This document shows, one piece after another, positions 7,570-16,767 of a stretch of DNA of 36,776 nucleotides. Under the pieces are notes generated by a model, which saw nothing but the letters and a program-made list of their open reading frames with translations, had not been told where the DNA came from and did not search any database. Numbering within the stretch: position 1 is the stretch's first letter; each line of letters opens with the position of its first letter. The position numbers and the translations under genes were made by a program. This stretch comes from a virus (lineage: Duplodnaviria > Heunggongvirae > Uroviricota > Caudoviricetes), in IMG/VR virus record IMGVR_UViG_2737471842_000006, positions 1-36,776 of that record; one strand, written 5' to 3'.

Positions 7570-7603
7570 TGTAGAAAGACTGGATCAATCCACAGGAGTA
7601 ATT

Positions 7604-7765
7604 ATGACAAAGCGTCGTAAGAAATACCAGGAAAAAGAAGAGATTCGACACCCTGATTCACCTGAGGGATTAGTGGTAGCCGCAGCAAATAACAGGGCGT
7701 TCGCAGAGCGCCTTGTTGGTATTTACAGACTAGCCAAAGCAGGAGTGAAACATGGGCGTCGTTAA
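7604..7765 (+). CDS. small basic hypothetical protein, about 53 aa
   Basis: MTKRRKKYQEKEEIRHPDSPEG... with GGAG RBS; between c1 and the replication initiator. Confidence 0.3.
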   Translation: MTKRRKKYQEKEEIRHPDSPEGLVVAAANNRAFAERLVGIYRLAKAGVKHGRR

Positions 7766-8642
7766 GTTAGCTGATTACAGGCATAACCCTGTACAACATC
7801 AGGAGGCATCCAGTATGGGGTATGTCTCTATACACCGCCAGTTTATGGACAGCAGGCTCTATAAGGACTCTCAGGCAGTACATCTTTGGCTTCACTTAAT
7901 CCTCAAGGCTAATCACGAATCTACTGTCGTCAATACGGATATCGGTCCGATAACTGTTGATCGCGGTCAGATGATAACTGGACGCCCGTCGCTGGTCAGA
8001 GAAACATTCATCCCAGACAACAAAGTTCGGAGCTTATTACGGACTTTTGAGTCGAAAGGGATGCTTAATATTTGCGCGATGGGGAAGAAATTTAGCCTGT
8101 TTACAATCGTTAAATATGACGATTTTCAGTCAAAAAATTGTCCAACGGTTGTCCAACGGTTGTCCAACGCAAACACCAGTAATGGCGCGGCTCTCAGCGG
8201 AGATTGTCCAACGGTTGTCCAACAGTTGTCCATAAACAATAATATAAATAATATCTCTAATACTGACGTATTAGAGAGTGCTACAGCAGACAAAAAGTCT
8301 GACAAGAAAAAACCTTCCGTCAGCTGTCAGGATGTTGTCGATGCTTACCACGAAATCCTTCCTGAAGCGCCAAGAATCCGCGCACTGAATGACAAGCGTA
8401 AAAACCAGATCCGAACGTTCTGGCGCAAAGCCGGAGTGATAACCCGCCAGCTTGACGGGCATGGGTTCACGATGCAGGACTGGAGAAATTATTTGAGCTA
8501 CGTAGGCGAAAATTGCCGATGGATGTTCGAAGAACGCCCAAACCATCAACGCGGAACCGTCTGGCACAAAAAGGGATTTGATTTCCTGCTTAACGACAAT
8601 ACCTACCTGAAAGTTCGTGAGGGTGAACACGATGACCGATAA
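7752..8642 (+). CDS. 18: replication initiator (lambda O-like, P22 gene 18 family); alternative start at 7815
   Basis: Conserved order c1 - initiator - helicase; central part of the gene carries the origin iterons; both candidate ATGs (7752, 7815) have strong AGGAG-type RBS. Confidence 0.7.
   Translation: MGVVKLADYRHNPVQHQEASSMGYVSIHRQFMDSRLYKDSQAVHLWLHLILKANHESTVVNTDIGPITVDRGQMITGRPSLVRETFIPDNKVRSLLRTFESKGMLNICAMGKKFSLFTIVKYDDFQSKNCPTVVQRLSNANTSNGAALSGDCPTVVQQLSINNNINNISNTDVLESATADKKSDKKKPSVSCQDVVDAYHEILPEAPRIRALNDKRKNQIRTFWRKAGVITRQLDGHGFTMQDWRNYLSYVGENCRWMFEERPNHQRGTVWHKKGFDFLLNDNTYLKVREGEHDDR
8138..8270. repeat. replication origin inside the initiator gene: TTGTCCAACGG iterons plus AT-rich region
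   Basis: Three tandem 11-bp units at 8138-8170, a 33-bp spacer, then about 2.5 more units at 8204-8236, followed by an AT-rich stretch. Confidence 0.6.
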
Positions 8643-10068
8643 TTTTTATGCGCCGCCCCATAGCATCGAGGCAGAGCAGGCGGTGATTGGTGGATTGCTT
8701 CTGGATGATGACAGCAGTGAGCGCGTCCAGAAAGTTCTGGCGATGCTGAAGCCTGATTCATTTTACAGCCGACCACACAAAATCCTTTTCGAAGAAATAA
8801 CCAGAATGCACCGGGAGCAAAAGCCAGTAGATGGCCTGACGCTTTTCGATGAACTGGAGCGTAAATCGTTAACTGTGTCTGTTGGCGGTTTTGCTTATAT
8901 CGCTGAGATCGCAAAGAACACGCCAAGCGCAGCAAACATCGTTGCCTATGCAATGCAGGTTCGTGAAACCGCAATGGAACGCTACGCCATCAACCGCATG
9001 ACTGAAGCGACGGAATTGCTCTATTCCCGCAACGGAATGACTGCAACGCAGAAGTACGAAGCTATTCAGTCGATTTTCACGCAACTGACAGACCATGCAA
9101 AAACCGGATCGCGTCGCGGCCTTCGTTCATTTGGTGAGGTCATGGAAGACTGGGTTAGCGACCTTGAGAAGCGATTTGACCCATCAGGCGAACAACGGGG
9201 AATGAGCACAGGGATCCCATCGCTGGACAGGATGCTGTCACCGAAAGGTCTGGTGAAAGGCTCTCTGTTTGTCATTGGCGCTCGCCCTAAGATGGGGAAA
9301 ACGACGCTATACAGCCAGATGGCAATCAATTGCGCAGTGTATGAGAAAAAGCCCGCTTTGATGTTCAGCCTTGAAATGCCAGGTGATCAGATACTGGAAA
9401 AACTGGTAGGGCAGAAGTCTGGTGTTAACCCGAATATTTTTTACCTTCCGGCGACAAATGACGCTGATGACGGCTATCAGGGTGATTACGATGGTGACTT
9501 CAACAGGGCGATCGAAACAGCTAATCGCTTGAGTGAAATCGACATGCTTTACATCGACGACACGCCGGGATTATCTCTGGCTCAAATCGTCAGCGAAAGC
9601 CGTCGAATCAAGCGAGAAAAAGGATGTGTTGGCATGATTCTGGTCGATTACCTGACACTAATGACCGCTGAGAAGGCCGATCGCAACGACCTTGCTTACG
9701 GCATGATCACCAAAGGACTGAAGAACCTTGCCAAAGAGCTTGATTGCGTTGTTGTGCTTCTGACGCAGCTTAACCGCGCACTGGAAAGCCGAACCAATAA
9801 ACGCCCACTACCAAGTGACTCACGAGATACAGGGCAGATTGAACAGGATTGCGATTATTGGGTGGGGATCCATCGTGAAGGTGCTTTTGATGACAGTGTT
9901 CCACCTGGTGAAACCGAACTAATCCTTCGTCTCAATCGTCATGGCAATACCGGCACGGTGTATTGCATTCAGGCAAATGGCGCTATTTATGACACAGACC
10001 AACAGTCTGCTGAAATGCGCCGCCGTGAACGCGAGGAACCGCAGTCCAAGAAGAAAGGAGGATTCTGA
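8632..10068 (+). CDS. 12: DnaB-family replicative helicase (P22 gene 12 family)
   Basis: Walker A GARPKMGKT and typical DnaB C-terminal domain; ATG 8632 overlaps the initiator stop; the ORF-track start at 8617 is a GTG extension. Confidence 0.85.
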   Translation: MTDNFYAPPHSIEAEQAVIGGLLLDDDSSERVQKVLAMLKPDSFYSRPHKILFEEITRMHREQKPVDGLTLFDELERKSLTVSVGGFAYIAEIAKNTPSAANIVAYAMQVRETAMERYAINRMTEATELLYSRNGMTATQKYEAIQSIFTQLTDHAKTGSRRGLRSFGEVMEDWVSDLEKRFDPSGEQRGMSTGIPSLDRMLSPKGLVKGSLFVIGARPKMGKTTLYSQMAINCAVYEKKPALMFSLEMPGDQILEKLVGQKSGVNPNIFYLPATNDADDGYQGDYDGDFNRAIETANRLSEIDMLYIDDTPGLSLAQIVSESRRIKREKGCVGMILVDYLTLMTAEKADRNDLAYGMITKGLKNLAKELDCVVVLLTQLNRALESRTNKRPLPSDSRDTGQIEQDCDYWVGIHREGAFDDSVPPGETELILRLNRHGNTGTVYCIQANGAIYDTDQQSAEMRRREREEPQSKKKGGF

Positions 10069-10096
10069 TGACCATCTACATCACTGAGCTAATAAC

Positions 10097-10130
10097 AGGC
10101 CTGCTGGTAATCGCAGGCCTTTTTATTTGG
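10097..10130 (+). terminator. rho-independent terminator (tR2-like)
   Basis: Stem AGGCCTGC/GCAGGCCT (8 bp) with 8-nt loop followed by TTTTTATTT; between helicase and ninB. Confidence 0.5.
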
Positions 10131-10144
10131 GGGAGAGGGAAGTC

Positions 10145-10585
10145 ATGAAAAAACTAACCTTTGAAATTCGATCTCCAGCACATCAGCAAAATGCTATTCA
10201 CGCGGTACAGCAAATTCTTCCAGACCCAACCAAACCAATCGTAGTAACCATTCAGGAACGCAACCGCAGCTTAGACCAGAATCGAAAGCTTTGGGCTTGC
10301 CTTGGTGACGTCTCTCGTCAGGTTGAATGGCATGGTCGCTGGCTGGATGCAGAAAGCTGGAAGTGTGTGTTTACCGCAGCATTAAAGCAGCAGGACGTTG
10401 TTCCTAACCTTACCGGGAATGGCTTTGTGGTAATAGGCCAGTCAACCAGCAGGATGCGTGTAAGCGAATTTGCGGAGCTATTAGAGCTTATACAGGCATT
10501 CGGTACAGAGCGTGGCGTTAAGTGGTCAGACGAAGCGCGACTGGCTCTCGAATGGAAGGCGCGATGGGGAGACAGGGCGGCATGA
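10145..10585 (+). CDS. ninB: NinB recombination protein
   Basis: [73 protein letters not shown] matches remembered NinB; GGGAGAGGGA RBS. Confidence 0.8.
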   Translation: MKKLTFEIRSPAHQQNAIHAVQQILPDPTKPIVVTIQERNRSLDQNRKLWACLGDVSRQVEWHGRWLDAESWKCVFTAALKQQDVVPNLTGNGFVVIGQSTSRMRVSEFAELLELIQAFGTERGVKWSDEARLALEWKARWGDRAA

Positions 10586-10758
10586 GGCGACAGCGACGAA
10601 GTATCACCGACATAATCTGTGAAAACTGCAAATACCTTCCAACGAAACGCTCCAGAAATAAACGCAAGCCAATCCCAAAAGAATCTGACGTAAAAACCTT
10701 CAATTATACGGCTCACCTGTGGGATATCCGGTGGCTAAGACATCGTGCGAGGAAATGA
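10582..10758 (+). CDS. ninD: NinD-like zinc-finger protein
   Basis: [36 protein letters not shown]... ; ATG overlaps the ninB stop (ATGA). Confidence 0.6.
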   Translation: MRRQRRSITDIICENCKYLPTKRSRNKRKPIPKESDVKTFNYTAHLWDIRWLRHRARK

Positions 10759-11129
10759 CAATGGATTATTCACAGTTAAGTGATTTTGAAATTAACAGAA
10801 TGGTAGGAGACATAATTTTTAAGGGCCTTTGGGCATGTAAGCCTGAAACATCAGGGAATAACACAAATAAATGGTATTACGGAAATGCTGATACAAGTCT
10901 TGAGCCATTAAACCCTTTACCTGACTACTGCAATGATCCGAGAGCTGCATGGCCTGTAATCGCAAAACATCAGATCAGCATATGTGCATACGAAAGAAAT
11001 AATCCTGGAATGAAGAATGAATATTGGTGGGAGGCGGATAGATTTTGTGAATTTATTACCATAGACAATAACCCACTCCGCGCCGCCATGATTGTATTTC
11101 TCATGATGCAGGACGCCAATAATGCTTAG
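10755..11129 (+). CDS. ninX: NinX-like (DUF2591-type) protein
   Basis: Position after ninD and recollection of the NinX/DUF2591 family; start chosen at the ATG after GAGG. Confidence 0.45.
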   Translation: MTMDYSQLSDFEINRMVGDIIFKGLWACKPETSGNNTNKWYYGNADTSLEPLNPLPDYCNDPRAAWPVIAKHQISICAYERNNPGMKNEYWWEADRFCEFITIDNNPLRAAMIVFLMMQDANNA

Positions 11130-11298
11130 CCCATCCCAATCCCTTCAATACCAGAAAGAAAGCGTCGAGCGAGCTTTAACGTGCGCTAACTGCGGTCAGA
11201 AGCTGCATGTGCTGGAAGTTCACGTGTGTGAGCACTGCTGCGCAGAACTGATGAGCGATCCGAATAGCTCAATGTACGAGGAAGAAGACGATGAATGA
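11122..11298 (+). CDS. ninF: NinF-like small Cys-rich protein, 58 aa
   Basis: Hand translation [58 protein letters not shown]; not in the ORF track (<60 aa); overlaps both neighbours by a few nt. Confidence 0.5.
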   Translation: MLSPSQSLQYQKESVERALTCANCGQKLHVLEVHVCEHCCAELMSDPNSSMYEEEDDE

Positions 11299-12013
11299 GT
11301 TAATAAATGGCAATGCCATCAAAATGACAAGCATTGAAATCGCTGAGTTGGTGGGTAAGCGTCATGACAATGTGAAACGTACCATCGAAACGCTGGCTAA
11401 AAATGGTGTTATCCGGCTTCCTCAAATTGAGGTTTCCGAAAGAATCAATAACTTAGGGTTCAATGTTCAGTACGAGCATTACGTCTTCGAGGGCGAACAA
11501 GGTAAGCGAGACAGTATTGTCGTTGTTGCCCAGTTGTCGCCAGAGTTCACCGCTCGCCTTGTTGACCGCTGGCGAGAGCTTGAAGAAGCTGCGGTTAATA
11601 TCCCCAAAACGCTACCGGAAGCGTTGCGCCTTGCTGCCGATCTTGCTGAGCAGAAAATGCAACTGGAAAACCAGCTCGCAATTGTCGCACCTAAAGTTGA
11701 GTTTGCCGATCGCGTTGGCGAGGCCAGCGGAATTTTGATTGGAAACTTTGCAAAGGTTGTTGGTATTGGTCAAAACAAACTGTTTGCGTGGATGCGTGAT
11801 CACAAAATCCTTATTGCTTCAGGTTCCCGGCGCAATGTGCCAATGCAGGAATATATGGATCGCGGCTATTTCACAGTGAAAGAAACAGCGGTCAACACAA
11901 ATCACGGAATACAGATATCGTTCACCACAAAAATCACCGGGCGCGGTCAACAGTGGCTGACCAGAAAGTTGCTCGATAACGGAATGCTGAAAGTAACAGG
12001 GGAGGCTGCTTAA
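11291..12013 (+). CDS. Rha-family regulator fused to KilA-C-type antirepressor domain
   Basis: N-terminal IKMTSIEIAELVGKRHDNVKRTIETL is Rha-like; the C-terminal half resembles KilAC domains. Confidence 0.6.
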   Translation: MNELINGNAIKMTSIEIAELVGKRHDNVKRTIETLAKNGVIRLPQIEVSERINNLGFNVQYEHYVFEGEQGKRDSIVVVAQLSPEFTARLVDRWRELEEAAVNIPKTLPEALRLAADLAEQKMQLENQLAIVAPKVEFADRVGEASGILIGNFAKVVGIGQNKLFAWMRDHKILIASGSRRNVPMQEYMDRGYFTVKETAVNTNHGIQISFTTKITGRGQQWLTRKLLDNGMLKVTGEAA

Positions 12014-12303
12014 TGGCTAACCTACGCAAAGAAGCACGCGGCAGAGAATGCCAGGTACGTATTTACGGCGTATGCAATGGCAATCCTGAAACTACAGTTC
12101 TGGCACATTACCGGATGGCTGGAATTTGCGGAACGGGAATGAAGCCTGACGACCTGATCGGTGCATGGGCTTGTAGCGCGTGTCACGATGAAATCGACCG
12201 ACGCACCCATAATCTCGACAACAAAGACGCCAGACTTTACCACCTCGAAGGCGTGATCAGGACGCAGGCGATACTGCTGAAGGAGGGGAAGATTAAGTCA
12301 TGA
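12013..12303 (+). CDS. Cys/His-rich nin-region protein (DUF1364-like)
   Basis: 96-aa ORF with C13, C21, C39, C54, C57, H58; tight coupling to rusA. Confidence 0.45.
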   Translation: MANLRKEARGRECQVRIYGVCNGNPETTVLAHYRMAGICGTGMKPDDLIGAWACSACHDEIDRRTHNLDNKDARLYHLEGVIRTQAILLKEGKIKS

Positions 12304-12662
12304 ACGAATATCAGTTTGTGCTTCCATACCCGCCGTCGGTGAATACCTACTGGCGAAGACGGGGAAGCCAATACTACATCAGCGATAAAGGCCAGAAATA
12401 CCGAAAAGACGTTCAGCAAATCATCCGCCAACTTAAGTTAGACATTTTCACCAAATCACGACTCCGCATCAAAGTCATCGCAGACGTTCCAGACTCCCGC
12501 CGCCGCGACCTCGACAACATCCTGAAAGGTTTACTCGACTCCCTTATCCACGCCGGATTTGCGGAAGACGACGAGCAATTCGATGATATTCGCGTAATTC
12601 GTGGTGTGAAAGTACCAGGCGGACGGCTTGGAATAAAAATCACCGAACTGGAGAACGTATGA
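12300..12662 (+). CDS. rusA: RusA Holliday-junction resolvase
   Basis: PYPPSVNTYWRRRG...DSRRRDLDNILKGLLDSL...GGRLGIKITEL matches the RusA catalytic motif pattern. Confidence 0.8.
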   Translation: MNEYQFVLPYPPSVNTYWRRRGSQYYISDKGQKYRKDVQQIIRQLKLDIFTKSRLRIKVIADVPDSRRRDLDNILKGLLDSLIHAGFAEDDEQFDDIRVIRGVKVPGGRLGIKITELENV

Positions 12663-12847
12663 ACGCCACAATTCAAACGATACCAGAGCTTCTTATCCAG
12701 ACACGAGGCAATCAGACCGAAGTGGCGAGGATGCTTTCCTGCGCAAGAGGAACAGTGCTCAAGTACAACCGAGACAGCAAAGGCGAGCGTCACGTAATAG
12801 TTAACGGCGTCCTGATGGTCAAACAGGGCAAGAGGGGAAGACCATGA
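12659..12847 (+). CDS. ninH: NinH-like protein
   Basis: TIPELLIQTRGNQTEVARMLSCARGTVLKY resembles lambda NinH (GNQTEVARRLKCSRGTV). Confidence 0.65.
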   Translation: MNATIQTIPELLIQTRGNQTEVARMLSCARGTVLKYNRDSKGERHVIVNGVLMVKQGKRGRP

Positions 12848-13467
12848 GACTCGAAAGCGTAGCTAAATTTCACTCGCCAAAAAGCCCGATGATGAGCGAC
12901 TCACCACGGGCCACGGCTTCTGACTCTCTTTCCGGTACTGATGTGATGGCTGCTATGGGGATGGCGCAATCACAAGCCGGATTCGGAATGGCTGCATTCT
13001 GTGGTAAGCACGAACTCAGCCAGAACGACAAACAAAAGGCTATCAACTATCTGATGCAATTTGCACACAAGGTATCGGGGAAATACCGTGGTGTGGCAAA
13101 GCTTGAAGGAAATACTAAGGCAAAGGTACTGCAAGTGCTCGCAACATTCGCTTATGCGGATTATTGCCGTAGTGCCGCGACGCCGGGCGCAAGATGCAGA
13201 GATTGCCACGGTACAGGCCGTGCGGTTGATATAGCCAAAACAGAGCAGTGGGGGAGAGTTGTTGAGAAAGAGTGCGGAAGATGCAAAGGTGTCGGCTATT
13301 CAAGAATGCCAGCAAGCGCTGCATATCGCGCTGTAACGATGCTAATCCCAAACCTTACCCAACCCACCTGGTCACGCACTGTTAAGCCGCTGTATGACGC
13401 TCTGGTGGTGCAATGCCACAAAGAAGAGTCAATCGCAGACAACATTTTGAATGCGGTCACACGTTAG
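12844..13467 (+). CDS. 23: late-gene antiterminator (Q-like, P22 gene 23)
   Basis: 207-aa translation beginning MRLESVAKFHSPKSPMMSDSPRATASDSLSG matches remembered P22 gp23; last gene before the late promoter region. Confidence 0.8.
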   Translation: MRLESVAKFHSPKSPMMSDSPRATASDSLSGTDVMAAMGMAQSQAGFGMAAFCGKHELSQNDKQKAINYLMQFAHKVSGKYRGVAKLEGNTKAKVLQVLATFAYADYCRSAATPGARCRDCHGTGRAVDIAKTEQWGRVVEKECGRCKGVGYSRMPASAAYRAVTMLIPNLTQPTWSRTVKPLYDALVVQCHKEESIADNILNAVTR

Positions 13468-13509
13468 CAGCATGATTGCCACGGATGGCAACATATTAAC
13501 GGCATGATA

Positions 13510-13538
13510 TTGACTTTTTGAATAAAGTTGGGTAAATT
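13510..13538 (+). promoter_or_regulatory. candidate late promoter pR'
   Basis: TTGACT, 17 nt, TAAATT downstream of the Q-like gene. Confidence 0.35.
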
Positions 13539-13678
13539 TGACCCAACGATGGGTTAATTCGCTCGTTGTGGTAGTGAGATAAAAAGAGGCGGCGCTTACT
13601 ACCGATTCCGCCTAGTTGGTCACTTCGACGTATCGTCTGGAACTCCAACCATCGCAGGCTGAGAGGTCTGCAAAATGC

Positions 13679-13739
13679 AATCCCGAAACAGTTCGCAGGT
13701 AATAGTTAGAGCCTGCATAACGGTTTCGGGATTTTTTAT
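13679..13739 (+). terminator. tR'-like terminator ending a short late leader RNA
   Basis: Perfect 11-bp stem AATCCCGAAAC/GTTTCGGGATT enclosing an internal hairpin, followed by TTTTTAT. Confidence 0.5.
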
Positions 13740-14135
13740 ATCTGTGCAACAGGTAAGAGCATTCTCCCTTATGGGGCTTGGCTTAAATGCACCGAGTGCT
13801 CTTATCGTTGTGCTGAATTAAGCGAATGCCGGAAGCAGAACCGGATCACCAAATGCGTACAGGCGTCATCGCCGCCCAGCAACAGCACAACCCAAACTGA
13901 GCCGTAGCCTCTGGCTATCCTGAATTCATCAGTGATAGTTACGCTGCGGCATTCTACGCATGACCTTCGTGAAAGCGGGGGGCAAGAGGCTGCGCTAACA
14001 ACCTCCTGCCGTTTTGCCCGTGCATATCGGTCACGAACAAATCTGATTACTAAACACAGTAGCCTGGATTTGTTCTATCAGTAATCGACCTTATTCCTAA
14101 TTAAATAGAGCAAATCCCCTTATTGGGGGTAAGAC

Positions 14136-14459
14136 ATGAAGATGCCAGAAAAACATGACCTGTTAGCCGCCATTCTCGCGGCAAAGGAACAAGGCATCGG
14201 GGCAATCCTTGCGTTTGCAATGGCGTACCTTCGCGGCAGATATAATGGCGGTGCGTTTACAAAAACAGTAATCGACGCAACGATGTGCGCCATTATCGCC
14301 TGGTTCATTCGTGACCTTCTCGACTTCGCAGGACTAAGTAGCAATCTCGCTTATATAACGAGCGTGTTCATCGGCTACATCGGTACTGACTCGATTGGTT
14401 CGCTTATCAAACGCTTCGCTGCTAAAAAAGCCGGAGTAGAAGATGGTGGAAATCAATAA
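14136..14459 (+). CDS. 13: holin (P22 gene 13 / lambda S class I)
   Basis: [36 protein letters not shown]... with dual-start MKM motif and transmembrane segments; matches remembered P22 gp13. Confidence 0.8.
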   Translation: MKMPEKHDLLAAILAAKEQGIGAILAFAMAYLRGRYNGGAFTKTVIDATMCAIIAWFIRDLLDFAGLSSNLAYITSVFIGYIGTDSIGSLIKRFAAKKAGVEDGGNQ

Positions 14460-14919
14460 TCAACGTAAGGCGTTCCTCGATATGCTGGCGTGGTCAGAGG
14501 GAACTGATAACGGACGGCAGAAAACCAGAAATCATGGTTATGACGTCATTGTTGGCGGAGAGCTATTCACTGATTACTCCGATCACCCTCGCAAACTTGT
14601 CACGCTAAACCCCAAACTCAAATCAACAGCAGCCGGACGTTACCAGCTTCTTTCCCGTTGGTGGGATGCCTATCGTAAGCAGCTTGGCCTGAAAGACTTC
14701 TCTCCGAAAAGCCAGGACGCTGTGGCATTGCAGCAGATTAAAGAGCGTGGCGCTTTACCGATGATTGACCGCGGTGATATTCGTCAGGCAATCGACCGTT
14801 GCAGCAATATCTGGGCTTCACTGCCGGGCGCTGGTTATGGTCAGTTCGAGCATAAGGCTGACAACCTGATTGCAAAATTCAAAGAGGCTGGCGGAACGGT
14901 CAGAGAGATTGAGGTATGA
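14443..14919 (+). CDS. R: endolysin, lambda R-type lytic transglycosylase
   Basis: [51 protein letters not shown]... is near-identical to remembered lambda R. Confidence 0.85.
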   Translation: MVEINNQRKAFLDMLAWSEGTDNGRQKTRNHGYDVIVGGELFTDYSDHPRKLVTLNPKLKSTAAGRYQLLSRWWDAYRKQLGLKDFSPKSQDAVALQQIKERGALPMIDRGDIRQAIDRCSNIWASLPGAGYGQFEHKADNLIAKFKEAGGTVREIEV

Positions 14920-15353
14920 GCAGAGTCACCGCGATTATCTCCGCTCTGATTATTTGCATCATCGTCTGCCTGTCATGGGCTGTTAATCATTACCGTGATA
15001 ATGCAATCGCCTACAAAGAGCAGCGCGATAAAGCCACATCCATCATCGCTGATATGCAGAAGCGGCAACATGATGTAGCAGAACTCGACGCCAGATACAC
15101 AAAGGAGCTTGCTGATGCTAACGCGACTATCGAAAGTCTCCGTGCTGATGTTTCTGCTGGGCGTAAGCGCCTGCAAGTCGCCGCCACCTGTGCAAAGTCA
15201 ACGACCGGAGCCAGCAGCATGGGCGATGGAGAAAGCCCAAGACTTACAGCAGATGCTGAACTCAATTATTACCGTCTCAGAAGTGGAATCGACAGGATAA
15301 CCGCGCAGGTTAACTACCTGCAGGAATACATCAGGACGCAATGCCTTCGATGA
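14916..15353 (+). CDS. Rz: Rz i-spanin
   Basis: [31 protein letters not shown]... matches lambda Rz N-terminus; N-terminal TM plus coiled coil. Confidence 0.8.
   Translation: MSRVTAIISALIICIIVCLSWAVNHYRDNAIAYKEQRDKATSIIADMQKRQHDVAELDARYTKELADANATIESLRADVSAGRKRLQVAATCAKSTTGASSMGDGESPRLTADAELNYYRLRSGIDRITAQVNYLQEYIRTQCLR
15115..15300 (+). CDS. Rz1: Rz1 o-spanin lipoprotein, embedded in Rz in the +1 frame
   Basis: AAGGAG RBS 7 nt before ATG 15115; signal peptide with lipobox LLGVSAC; Pro-rich mature part ([13 protein letters not shown]). Confidence 0.65.
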   Translation: MLTRLSKVSVLMFLLGVSACKSPPPVQSQRPEPAAWAMEKAQDLQQMLNSIITVSEVESTG

Positions 15354-15527
15354 TAGCGATAATTTTACTCATCATCCTTCACATCTGGCTCTGTAGACAG
15401 GGTGATGATCACTTCTGGAGTGAATCCAGATTAAACATCTCATTGCTGATGCTTGATATTGAGCATCTTGCGCGCAGTAAGGGGCTGCGTTGAGATAAGA
15501 GCCAGTTCATTACAAATACCAGGATTT

Positions 15528-15552
15528 AGCCTCGCATTCGCGGGGCTTTTTA
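15528..15552 (+). terminator. rho-independent terminator after the lysis cassette
   Basis: Stem GCCUCGC/GCGGGGC (one G-U pair) with 4-nt loop followed by TTTTTAT. Confidence 0.4.
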
Positions 15553-15695
15553 TATCTGAATTTCACAGCGCATCTCACGCGCATATTAACGAGAGCCTTT
15601 CAGTAAGCGAGCCTGAGAAATGCCGTTATAGGTGGCGACCTCTCTCGGGCGGCTTTTCTGTGAGACAGGCTCACTTTCTAAAAGGTAAAGACGCT

Positions 15696-16220
15696 ATGAA
15701 TAATCATTCAGTTATTCCAGCCTTCGACTTCCGAGAAATGGTGCAAGCCAAAAACGGAGAGGTCGTTACCACATCCAGAAAAATTGCCAAGTACTTCGGC
15801 AAGCGACACGGTGATGTTCTCAGGAAAATCGAGCAGGTTAAGGCTGATTGCTCGCGTGAGTTTAGCCAACGCAATTTTGCGTCGGCTGATTATATCGATG
15901 AGCAGGGCAAGGTTCGCCCGATGTACAGCCTGACGAAAGATGGCTGGATCATGGTTGTGATGGGGTTCACCGGGAAAGCTGCTGCGGCAATCAAGGAGAG
16001 CTATATCGCAGCATTCAACTGGATGGCAGAGCAACTGAGCCGCCGCATGGCAATTGGCGAAGAAATGCAGCACCGCTACGCCATCAAAGAAACACGCTCA
16101 AAGCTGAAAGGTACGATCGGCAGTCGGTTAATGAACGAACGGAAGAAAGAGAAGCGTGTCCTGGCTGTCGAGCATGAATACATCTTGCAGGTGACACAGC
16201 CTGAACTGCTGATTAATTGA
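15696..16220 (+). CDS. rha: Rha-family phage regulatory protein
   Basis: MNNHSVIPAFDFREMVQAKNGEVVTTSRKIAKYFGKRHGDVLRKIEQV... is Rha-like; the ORF-track start at 15453 is a long unsupported extension. Confidence 0.6.
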   Translation: MNNHSVIPAFDFREMVQAKNGEVVTTSRKIAKYFGKRHGDVLRKIEQVKADCSREFSQRNFASADYIDEQGKVRPMYSLTKDGWIMVVMGFTGKAAAAIKESYIAAFNWMAEQLSRRMAIGEEMQHRYAIKETRSKLKGTIGSRLMNERKKEKRVLAVEHEYILQVTQPELLIN

Positions 16221-16521
16221 AGATGTCATTACAAAGCCTATCTACGGGTGGGCTTGATAATGAAACCGGAGTTAATTTCTGGTCACTAATTAACGGCAGT
16301 ACCACGAAACAACCCAAGCCAGTAAGTGGGGAAATAACACTGGCAGCCACTGAAAGATGAACCTCCTGCCTTATGGCAAAAAAAGATTCTTTGTGGTGGC
16401 GGACTGATGGAAAGACATCGGTTATTGCAGAGGCCATTCAATGAGTGGTCTCGACAATGGCTTATACCCTACACGGGATAACTTAACTGATATCCCTTTT
16501 AACGGATAAACGGAGCCAACA

Positions 16522-16764
16522 ATGGCAGAGATTATTCCCATGACTGAAGAACAGAAATTCCAGTTAGAGATTTACAAACTGGTCATGAACCAGAACGCAG
16601 CCGCAGAGGAAGTATTTCAGTTCATTGGCACTGACGAGCTGAAGCTTGAGCTATTCAAAATTCACTTCCAGTCAGGCGGCGCTAATTCAGATATCACGAC
16701 CCGCACTATCGAAGCGGTGCGTAAATCGAAGGAAGCGTTAGACCTGTTCACTACCGGAGTGTAA
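16522..16764 (+). CDS. hypothetical protein, 80 aa
   Basis: ORF with CGGAG RBS; no family recognised. Confidence 0.45.
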   Translation: MAEIIPMTEEQKFQLEIYKLVMNQNAAAEEVFQFIGTDELKLELFKIHFQSGGANSDITTRTIEAVRKSKEALDLFTTGV

Positions 16765-16767
16765 GAG

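Noticed and set aside
8047-8235. 62-aa ORF in an alternative frame across the iteron region
   Set aside because: Produced by the repeat periodicity; fully contained within the well-supported initiator gene in another frame, with no RBS.
8138-8236. Tandem 11-bp TTGTCCAACGG repeats that could superficially suggest a CRISPR-like or minisatellite array
   Set aside because: Units are only 11 bp, directly tandem without unique spacers, lie in-frame inside the replication initiator gene and are followed by an AT-rich region; this is the classic embedded origin iteron arrangement.
12022-12793. Antisense ORFs across the DUF1364-rusA-ninH block (12022..12243, 12237..12431, 12413..12793)
   Set aside because: Opposite strand to a tightly coupled, well-supported operon; no start-site signals.
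13740-14135. Possible tRNA or small protein gene in the long Q-holin intergenic gap
   Set aside because: I could not find a convincing cloverleaf (acceptor stem plus T-arm GTTC-type motif), and the only ORFs are under 25 aa without RBS; left as non-coding in the findings.
15453-15695. Long N-terminal extension of the Rha ORF (track start 15453)
   Set aside because: The extension spans a terminator hairpin and starts at a non-ATG codon without an RBS; the Rha-like homology begins at the ATG at 15696.
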